Shown here: positions 14,824 through 25,705 of the stretch, one piece after another | Layout: every line of letters begins with the position of its first letter | How positions within the stretch are numbered: the first letter of the stretch is position 1 | Assembly: GCF_006345805.1 (NCBI RefSeq) | Contig: NC_043010.1 | Location: 8,928,001-8,992,000 of the forward strand | Direction of reading: 5' to 3' | DNA from: Octopus sinensis | Taxonomy: Eukaryota | DNA length: 64,000 nt | Program-made: the position numbers and the translations under genes | Notes under the pieces: model-generated | What the model was told of the DNA's origin: nothing | The model's input: the letters and a program-made list of their open reading frames with translations, nothing else | Database searches by the model: none

Positions 14824-17206
14824 TGTAATAATGCCCTCTATTACAATATAGATATAATAATTTGTTCAGAAGAGAAAAAATTATTTTCGGATTCTTTTCT
14901 TTTATGAGGTTTTCACGCTAGCTACCTGATAATTTCTTGTTAAGATCCCTTATTAAGAGATTATCCTTAATTGTTAAACTTATTCCGAAATACTTTTCAT
15001 TACCCGACATGCAGTTCGTAAAAAGCCCGCCATTTACCGGATATATGATTATAAACATTCCATGTGCTTGGCCGGAGAGAGCAGTTGTCTGTTCGTCTTC
15101 GCTACGTAAGGTTAGTTTATTTATGATGTATTCAGAATCAGTTCTGCTGACGATCATTAGACGCAAGTTGTATGTGAAATCACGGTGATACAGAACATAA
15201 TTCATTTTTAAATGTCTTGCTTTGAAAAACTGCATTTGGGTATGATTAGTATAATTTTGGTAGTAATGACTCTGTCCCTCCTAGTGTGAGGCATTATGTG
15301 TAATAATGCCCTCTATACAATATAGATATAATTAATTTGTTCAGAAGAAAAAAATTATTTTCGGATTCTTTTCTTTTATGAGGTTTTCACGCTAGCTACC
15401 TGATAATTCTTGTTAAGATCCCTTATTAAGAGATTATCCTTAATTGTAAAACTTATTCCGAAATACTTTTCATTACCCGACATGCAGTTCGTAAAAAGCC
15501 CGCCATTTACCGGATATATGATTTATAAACATTCCATGTGCTTGGCCGGAGAGAGCAGTTGTCTGTTCGTCTTCGCTACGTAAGGTTAGTTATTTATGAT
15601 GTATTCAGAATCAGTTCTGCTGACGATCATTAGACGCAAGTTGTATGTGAAATCACGGTGATACAGAACATAATTCATTTTTAAATGTCTTGCTTTGAAA
15701 AACTGCATTTGGGTATGATTAGTATAATTTTGGTAGTAATGACTCTGTCCCTCCTAGTGTGAGGCATTTATGTGTAATAATGCCCTCTATACAATATAGA
15801 TATAATTAATGTTCAGAAGAAAAAATTATTTTCGGATTCTTTTCTTTTATGAGGTTTTCACGCTAGCTACCTGATAATTTCTTGTTAAGATCCCTTATTA
15901 AGAGATTATCCTTAATTGTTAAACTTATTCCGAAATACTTTTCATTACCCGACATGCAGTTCGTAAAAAGCCCGCCATTTACCGGATATATGATTTATAA
16001 ACATTCCATGTGCTTGGCCGGAGAGAGCAGTGTCTGTTCGTCTTCGCTACGTAAGGTTAGTTTATTTATGATGTATTCAGAATCAGTTCTGCTGACGATC
16101 ATAGACGCAAGTTGTATGTGAAATCACGGTGATACAGAACATAATTCATTTTTAAATGTCTTGCTTTGAAAAACTGCATTTGGGTATGATTAGTATATTT
16201 TGGTAGTAATGACTCTGTCCCTCCTAGTGTGAGGCATTATGTGTAATAATGCCCTCTATACAATATAGATATAATTAATTTGTTCAGAAGAAAAAAATTA
16301 TTTTCGGATTCTTTTTTTTATGAGGTTTTCACGCTAGCTACCTGATAATTTCTTGTTAAGATCCCTTATTAAGAGATTATCCTTATTGTTAAACTTATTC
16401 CGAAATACTTTTCATTACCCGACAGTGCAGTTCGTAAAAAGCCCGCCATTTACCGGATATATGATTTATAAACATTCCATGTGCTTGGCCGGAGAGAGCA
16501 GTTGTCTGTTCGTCTTCGCTACGTAAGGTTAGTTTATTTATGATGTATTCAGAATCAGTTCTGCTGACGATCATTAGACGCAAGTTGTATGTGAAATCAC
16601 GGTGATACAGAACATAATTCATTTTTAAATGTCTTGCTTTGAAAAACTGCATTTGGGTATGATTAGTATAATTTTGGTAGTAATGACTCTGTCCCTCCTA
16701 GTGTGAGGCATTTATGTGTAATAATGCCCTCTATACAATATAGATATAATTAATTTGTTCAGAAGAAAAAAATTATTTTCGGATTCTTTTCTTTTATGAG
16801 GTTTTCACGCTAGCTACCTGATAATTCTTGTTAAGATCCCTTATTAAGAGATTATCCTTAATTGTTAAACTTATTCCGAAATACTTTTCATTACCCGACA
16901 TGCAGTTCGTAAAAAGCCGCCATTTACCGGATATATGATTTATAAACATTCCATGTGCTTGGCCGGAGAGAGCAGTTGTCTGTTCGTCTTCGCTACGTAA
17001 GGTTAGTTTATTTATGATGTATTCAGAATCAGTTCTGCTGACGATCATTAGACGCAAGTTGTATGTGAAATCACGGTGATACAGAACATAATTCATTTTT
17101 AAATGTCTTGCTTTGAAAAACTGCATTTGGGTATGATTAGTATAATTGGTAGTAATGACTCTGTCCCTCCTAGTGTGAGGCATTTATGTGTAATAATGCC
17201 CTCTAT

Positions 17207-17210
<4 letters not shown>
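14822..17210 (+). mobile_element. Retrozyme-like tandem array, arm 1R (5 monomers + ~24 nt; reverse complement of arm 1L)
   Basis: Hammerhead motifs at 15141-15196, 15614-15669, 16086-16140, 16558-16613 and 17032-17087. Ends at ctctatacaa followed by (TA)n. Confidence 0.85.
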
Positions 17211-17250
<40 letters not shown>

Positions 17251-17974
17251 CATACATATAAATATATATATAATACACTATTATAATTATATATATAATA
17301 TATATATATATATTATAATATATATATATATATATACATGATATACATGTAGAGATGTAGATGCACACATACACATATAATAATAACCCAGAAGGAGGAA
17401 TCACTATGGATAATAAAGCATCTGAACACAATAAATCAATCAACATGCTGTATAAACATAAGTACATAAACAATCATACATGTATGTGTGTGTGTGTGTG
17501 TGTATCTGTGTGTGTGTGTGTATACACACACACACACATATATAAATAACATATATATACACATATATGTAAATATATACATATATAAATATAAATATAA
17601 ATATATAAATATAAATAAATATATATATATATATATATATATAAATATATATAACATATATATATAAATATATATATACATACACACAGACACACGTGTG
17701 TCTGTGTGTGTCTAATAAGCAATAATGTACAAATGTGATATACAAAAAAATAAAAAAAACATATAATAAATATAAACAAAAATAATGGTTTTGAAATAAA
17801 ATAGATACTTGATAGGAAGGATTCCTTTTGAAACGTCCTCCTCTCACCAGTTATCAGTTATTAACACAATGAGAGGAAGAAGAGACAGGTTAGGTGGGTG
17901 AGAAATAATAGAATGCAAAATAGACATAAGCAAAAATGCACAACAATAATCTCAAACCCAAACATATAAACATA

Positions 17975-18003
<29 letters not shown>

Positions 18004-18006
<3 letters not shown>

Positions 18007-19716
18007 AGTTTAACAATTAAGGATAATCTCTTAATAAGGGATCTTAACAAGAAATTATCAGGTAGCTAGCGTGAAAACCTCATAAAAGAAAAGAATCCGA
18101 AAATAATTTTTTTCTTCTGAACAAATTAATTATATCTATATTGTATAGAGGGCATTATTACACATAAATGCCTCACACTAGGAGGGACAGAGTCATTACT
18201 ACCAAAATTATACTAATCATACCAAATGCAGTTTTTCAAAGCAAGACATTTAAAATGAATTATGTTCTGTATCACCGTGATTTCACATACAACTTGCGTC
18301 TAATGATCGTCAGCAGAACTGATTCTGAATACATCATAAAAACTAACCTACGTAGCGAAGACGAACAGACAACTGCTCTCTCCGGCCAAGCACATGGAAT
18401 GTTTATAAATCATATATCCGGTAAATGGCGGGCTTTTTACGAACTGCATGTCGGGTAATGAAAAGTATTTCGGAATAAGTTTAACAATTAAGGATAATCT
18501 CTTAATAAGGGATCTTAACAAGAAATTATCAGGTAGCTAGCGTGAAAACCTCATAAAAGAAAAGAATCCGAAAATAATTTTTTTCTTCTGAACAAATTAA
18601 TTATATCTATATTGTATAGAGGGCATTATTACACATAAATGCCTCACACTAGGAGGGACAGAGTCATTACTACCAAAATTATACTAATCATACCCAAATG
18701 CAGTTTTTCAAAGCAAGACATTTAAAAATGAATTATGTTCTGTATCACCGTGATTTCACATACAACTTGCGTCTAATGATCGTCAGCAGAACTGATTCTG
18801 AATACATCATAAATAAACTAACCTTACGTAGCGAAGACGAACAGACACTGCTCTCTCCGGCCAAGCACATGGAATGTTTATAAATCATATATCCGGTAAA
18901 TGGCGGGCTTTTTACGAACTGCATGTCGGGTAATGAAAAGTATTTCGGAATAAGTTTAACAATTAAGGATAATCTCTTAATAAGGGATCTTAACAAGAAA
19001 TTATCAGGTAGCTAGCGTGAAAACCTCATAAAAGAAAAGAATCCGAAAATAATTTTTTTCTTCTGAACAAATTAATTATATCTATATTGTATAGAGGGCA
19101 TTATTACACATAAATGCCTCACACTAGGAGGGACAGAGTCATTACTACCAAAATATTAATCATACCCAAATGCAGTTTTTCAAAGCAAGACATTTAAAAA
19201 TGAATTATGTTCTGTATCACCGTGATTTCACATACAACTTGCGTCTAATGATCGTCAGCAGAACTGATTCTGAATACATCATAAATAAACTAACCTTACG
19301 TAGCGAAGACGAACAGACAACTGCTCTCTCCGGCCAAGCACATGGAATGTTTATAAATCATATATCCGGTAAATGGCGGGCTTTTTACGAACTGCATGTC
19401 GGGTAATGAAAAGTATTTCGGAATAAGTTTAACAATTAAGGATAATCTCTTAATAAGGGATCTTAACAAGAAATTATCAGGTAGCTAGCGTGAAAACCTC
19501 ATAAAAGAAAAGAATCCGAAAATAATTTTTTTCTTCTGAACAAATTAATTATATCTATATTGTATAGAGGGCATTATTACACATAAATGCCTCACACTAG
19601 GAGGGACAGAGTCATTACTACCAAAATTATACTAATCATACCCAAATGCAGTTTTTCAAAGCAAGACATTAAAAATGAATTATGTTCTGTATCACCGTGA
19701 TTTCACATACAACTTG
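18004..19716 (-). mobile_element. Retrozyme-like tandem array, arm 2L (~3.6 monomers)
   Basis: Hammerhead motifs at 18264-18319, 18737-18792 and 19209-19264, half motif at 19684-19716. Same start and same inversion junction as arm 1L. Confidence 0.85.
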
Positions 19717-22110
19717 TGTAATAATGCCCTCTATACAATATAGATATAATAATTTGTTCAGAAGAAAAAAATATTTTCGGATTCTTTTCTTTTATGAGGT
19801 TTTCACGCTAGCTACCTGATAATTTCTTGTTAAGATCCCTTATTAAGAGATTATCCTTAATTGTTAAACTTATTCCGAAATACTTTTCATTACCCGACAT
19901 GCAGTTCGTAAAAAGCCCGCCATTTACGGATATATGATTTATAAACATTCCATGTGCTTGGCCGGAGAGAGCAGTTGTCTGTTCGTCTTCGCTACGTAAG
20001 GTTAGTTTATTTATGATGTATTCAGAATCAGTTCTGCTGACGATCATTAGACGCAAGTTGTATGTGAAATCACGGTGATACAGAACATAATTCATTTTTA
20101 AATGTCTTGCTTTGAAAAACTGCATTTGGGTATGATTAGTATAATTTTGGTAGTAATGACTAATGACTCTTCCTCTAGTGTGAGGCATTTATGTGTAATA
20201 ATGCCCTCTATACAATATAGATATAATTAATTTGTTCAGAAGAAAAAAATTATTTTCGGATTCTTTTCTTTTATGAGGTTTTCACGCTAGCTACCTGATA
20301 ATTTCTTGTTAAGATCCCTTATTAAGAGATTATCCTTAATTGTTAAACTTATTCCGAAATACTTTTCATTACCCGACATGCAGTTCGTAAAAAGCCCGCC
20401 ATTTACCGGATATATGATTTATAAACATTCCATGTGCTTGGCGCGGAGAGAGCAGTTGTCTGTTCGTCTTCGCTACGTAAGGTTAGTTTATTTATGATGT
20501 ATTCAGAATCAGTTCTGCTGACGATCATTAGACGCAAGTTGTATGTGAAATCACGGTGATACAGAACATAATTCATTTTTAAATGTCTTGCTTTGAAAAA
20601 CTGCATTTGGGTATGATTAGTATAATTTTGGTAGTAATGACTGTCCCTCCTAGTGTGAGGCATTTATGTGTAATAATGCCCTCTATAAAATATAGATATA
20701 ATTAATTTGTTCAGAAGAAAAAAATTATTTTCGGATTCTTTTCTTTTATGAGGTTTTCACGCTAGCTACCTGATAATTTCTTGTTAAGATCCCTTATTAA
20801 GAGATTATCCTTAATTGTTAAACTTATTCCGAAATACTTTTCATTACCCGACATGCAGTTCGTAAAAAGCCCGCCATTTACCGGATATATGATTTATAAA
20901 CATTCCATGTGCTTGGCCGGAGAGAGCAGTTGTCTGTTCGTCTTCGCTACGTAAGGTTAGTTTATTTATGATGTATTCAGAATCAGTTCTGCTGACGATC
21001 ATTAGACGCAAGTTGTATGTGAAATCACGGTGATACAGAACATAATTCATTTTTAAATGTCTTGCTTTGAAAAACTGCATTTGGGTATGATTAGTATAAT
21101 TTTGGTAGTAATGACTCTGTCCCTCCTAGTGTGAGGCATTTATGTGTAATAATGCCCTCTATACAATATAGATATAATTAATTTGTTCAGAAGAAAAAAA
21201 TTATTTTCGGATTCTTTTCTTTTATGAGGTTTTCACGCTAGCTACCTGATAATTTCTTGTTAAGATCCCTTATTAAGAGATTATCCTTAATTGTTAAACT
21301 TATTCCGAAATACTTTTCATTACCCGACATGCAGTTCGTAAAAAGCCCGCCATTTACCGGATATATGATTTATAAACATTCCATGTGCTTGGCCGGAGAG
21401 AGCAGTTGTCTGTTCGTCTTCGCTACGTAAGGTTAGTTTATTTATGATGTATTCAGAATCAGTTCTGCTGACGATCATTAGACGCAAGTTGTATGTGAAA
21501 TCACGGTGATACAGAACATAATTCATTTTTAAATGTCTTGCTTTGAAAAACTGCATTTGGGTATGATTAGTATAATTTTGGTAGTAATGACTCTGTCCCT
21601 CCTAGTGTGAGCATTTATGTGTAATAATGCCCTCTATACAATATAGATATAATTAATTTGTTCAGAAGAAAAAATTATTTTCGGATTCTTTTCTTTTATG
21701 AGGTTTTCACGCTAGCTACCTGATAATTTCTTGTTAAGATCCCTTATTAAGAGATTATCCTTAATTGTTAAACTTATTCGAAATACTTTTCATTACCCGA
21801 CATGCAGTTCGTAAAAAGCCCGCCATTACCGGATATATGATTTATAAACATTCCATGTGCTTGGCCGGAGAGAGCAGTTGTCTGTTCGTCTTCGCTACGT
21901 AAGGTTAGTTTATTTATGATGTATTCAGAATCAGTTCTGCTGACGATCATTAGACGCAAGTTGTATGTGAAATCACGGTGATACAGAACATAATTCATTT
22001 TTAAATGTCTTGCTTTGAAAAACTGCATTTGGGTATGATTAGTATAATTTTGGTAGTAATGACTCTGTCCCTCCTAGTGTGAGGCATTTATGTGTAATAA
22101 TGCCCTCTAT

Positions 22111-22114
<4 letters not shown>
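19715..22114 (+). mobile_element. Retrozyme-like tandem array, arm 2R (5 monomers + ~24 nt)
   Basis: Hammerhead motifs at 20031-20086, 20512-20567, 20986-21041, 21462-21517 and 21934-21989. Ends at ctctatacaa followed by (TA)n. Confidence 0.85.
20986..21041 (+). ncRNA. Type I hammerhead ribozyme (representative clean copy of 16)
   Basis: GUUCUG (stem I) - CUGACGA - UCAUUAGAC GCAA GUUGUAUGU (stem II, GNRA loop) - GAAA - UCAC G GUGA U A (palindromic stem III, AUA triplet, predicted cleavage after 21035) - CAGAAC (stem I). Stem I extends via GAAU/AUUC across a CA/AUA internal loop. Confidence 0.8.
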
Positions 22115-22156
<42 letters not shown>

Positions 22157-22167
22157 CATACATATAA

Positions 22168-22241
<74 letters not shown>

Positions 22242-22517
22242 GATATACATGTAGAGATGTAGATGCACACATACACATATAATAATAACCCAGAAGGAGG
22301 AATCACTATGGATAATAAAAGCATCTGAACACAATAAATCAATCAACATGCTGTATAAACATAAGTACATAAACAATCATACATGTATGTGTGTGTGTGT
22401 GTGTGTATCTGTGTGTGTGTGTGTATACACACACACACACATATATAAATAACATATATATACACATATATGTAAATATATACATATATAAATATATGAA
22501 TATATATATAAATATAA

Positions 22518-22554
<37 letters not shown>

Positions 22555-22756
22555 AATATATATACACATATATATATAAATATATATATACATACACACA
22601 GACACACGTGTGTCTGTGTGTGCACATAGACAAACATTCCATATACATGCATTTGCAACCACTCACAGATACAAGCATTTATGTTCACACTTGCATACAT
22701 ACATACATACATACATACATACATACATACATACATGCATAGATACATACATACAT

Positions 22757-22813
<57 letters not shown>

Positions 22814-23164
22814 TATACATACATACATAAATACACACATTCGTACATGCATACACAAAAACACACATATACACACACATACATACTTACATCCATACAT
22901 ATGATTAAGTGGGAAAATGTAGGAAAGAAATAAAAAAAGAAAGAGAAGAGAAACAATGAGAGGCTGGTGCAATGTGTAGAATTTCCAAGAGTAGACAATG
23001 AAAACAAAATGGTAAGGGAAGACGGATAATTGGTAAATATTACATAGTGATTTTTTATTAAATTAGTCACTTTAGTTTAGCTATAGATTTCTGTTCTCAA
23101 TTCTGTGGCATTTAATTGAAGTGGACGAGGAGAGTTGGAGTGCGAAGGGAGGAGACTTCAGGCT

Positions 23165-23910
23165 CAGGGACATGTGTGCATGTGTGTGTGTGTGTTATGT
23201 GTGTATATTATGTTTGTGTGTGTATGTGTGAATATGTGTAGATGTGTGTGCATATGCTCTTCATGTGTATGTATGTATGTGCATGTGAATGTTGTGTGTA
23301 TGTGAGTGTATGTGTGTGTGTGTGGTGTGTATTTGATCATATTGCTGTGATAGAAGAATCACACTCATAAATATGGGCATATGCATGTGTATATGTGTGT
23401 GTGTGTGTATGTGTGAGCGTGTGTAGATGTGTGTGCATATGCTCTTCATGTGTATGTATGTGCATGTGAATGTTTGTGTGTATGTGAGTGTATGTGTGTG
23501 TGTGTATGTCTGTATGTATGTCTCTGTGTGTATGCATGTATGTTTGTGTGTGTGTATGCCTGTGTGTGTATATAAGTGTGTGTGTATGTGTGAATATGTG
23601 TAGATGTGTGTGCATATGCTCTTCATGTGTATGTATGTATGTGCATGTGAGTGTTTGTGTGTGTAGGTGAGTGTTTGTGTGTATGTACGTGTGTATGTCT
23701 CTATGTGTGTGCATGTATGTGTGTATGTATGTTCTGCATGTGTCTGTATGTATGACTATGTTGTTGGTTTGAAAGGAAATATTTTTCTGATCATTTACAA
23801 ATTTTAAAAAGTTATAAAACCACATCTGTTTTATACATAAGTGTGAGTGTGTGTGTGTGTGTGTGTTATGTGTGTATATTATGTTTGTGTGTGTATGTGT
23901 GTGCCTATAT
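23165..23910. repeat. Complex TG-rich minisatellite with three copies of atgtgtagatgtgtgtgcatatgctcttcatgtgtatg
   Basis: Repeated block near 23235, 23423 and 23595. Confidence 0.8.
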
Positions 23911-24285
23911 GCATGTTCTCACACCCATGCTTACATTTTTTTACATGTGTTTATGATTTTTATCGAAAAATTAACTATGCCCTAGTTCTTAACTTTGTAT
24001 TTCAATTTTGTTTTTATGGCAATATTTTCTTATTAGTTTTATGCTTCGTTCAGAACAATAAATTTCTTTTGTCCTTCATCCTTTAACGTTTTCTAAACTT
24101 TCCTGGTTTAATCTTATTGTAACTAACAATTATGGCAACTCACGTGCATCTGTTACTCATTGATTGTCATTGGAGTTTAAATTTTTCTGACTGTTAGCAT
24201 ACAGGAGCAAATTCAACACAATAGATGCAATAGCTAGCAAAAACAAACAAATCAGACACTAAGACAACACATGTATAATACATAC

Positions 24286-24492
<207 letters not shown>

Positions 24493-24790
24493 TATATTTA
24501 TGCATACATACATATATATATATATAATATAGATATATGTGCATGTGAGTGTTTGTGTGTGTAGGTGAGTGTTTGTGTGTATGTACGTGTGTATGTCTCT
24601 ATGTGTGTGCATGTATGTGTGTATGTATGTTCTGCATGTGTCTGTAATGTATGACTATGTTGTTGGTTTGAAAGGAAATATTTTTCTGATCATTTACAAA
24701 TTTTAAAAAGTTATAAAACCACATCTGTTTTATGAATGTATATATATATCCATGTATGAATGTATATATATATATAAGAGAAGAAAATGG

Positions 24791-24838
<48 letters not shown>

Positions 24839-24871
24839 CATACATACATACATACATACATACATACATAA

Positions 24872-24909
<38 letters not shown>

Positions 24910-25459
24910 ATAGATACATATATATATTATATATTACAAAACACTTAAGAAGTCTGAGACATTTTGTAAAATGGAAAATCACTTCTAGCAGCAATTATCC
25001 TCTTTTACTTCATAAAAATTATTGATGAAATATATTATATTAATGATGCAATTTTCACATTATATAATATTAATTGATGTCAATATGTTGTTATTATATA
25101 AAATTCAACACACTGGGAGAACAACCTTATTAAAAACACATACATCATGAATTAAAAGCCAAAGTGTTTCATGACTGCAGACAGAAACATGAAATAAACT
25201 GGCAAAATTGTTTGAAGGAAAAATAAAGAAAAGTGAAAAAATATCACCAATAATGTAATCAAAATTAAAACAGGCATGGCCGTGTGGTAAGAAGTTTGCT
25301 GCCCAACCTCATGGATGCAGGTGCAGTCCCACTTCATGCCATTCTTGCCAACATGGGGAAGTGTTTTCTACAATAGTCCCCGGCTGAGCAAGGCCTTATG
25401 AGTGAATTTGGCAAAGAGAAAAAGCCTGTTGTTATATATATATAATATATATATATATA

Positions 25460-25670
25460 CCGGAGTAAACACATAAATGTGAAACAAGGTGGAAAAAAGA
25501 GTACTCAAATACCAGAGGTAGAGTAATATGCTTTATTTAAAAGCAGCAGAAATTTAACAAAAGCTGTTACTCGGAGTTTCACGTTCACATTCGTTGGACT
25601 GTCCGACGAACGGGAACGTGAAACTCCGAGTAACAGCTTTTGTAAAATTTCTGCTGCTTTTAAATAAAGC
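25460..25670. mobile_element. Fold-back PLE-like relic: 141-nt hairpin (25530-25670) with a minimal hammerhead-like motif in its right arm
   Basis: gctttatttaaaagcagcagaaattt...ggac-t-gtcc...aaatttctgctgcttttaaataaagc. Motif at 25599-25636: CTGT CCGACGA ACGGGAACGT GAAA CTCCGAG TA ACAG. Flanked by (TA)n on both sides. Confidence 0.65.
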
Positions 25671-25673
25671 ACT

Positions 25674-25705
<32 letters not shown>

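Larger units (their letters stand above)
12805..22622. repeat. ~4.9-kb tandem duplication (12805-17695 / 17696-22607) containing the ribozyme arrays and unique flanks
   Basis: Non-repetitive flanks (ctaataagcaataatg..., gtagagatgtagatgc...) occur twice at ~4.9-kb offset. The 15-bp gtgtgtctgtgtgtg is present at 12805, 17696 and 22608. Confidence 0.85.

Noticed and set aside
13111-22114. CRISPR array, or rRNA/snRNA/tRNA tandem gene cluster
   Set aside because: Whole 476-bp units are identical with no variable spacers. There is no recognisable 5S, U-snRNA or tRNA sequence and no convincing box A/B.
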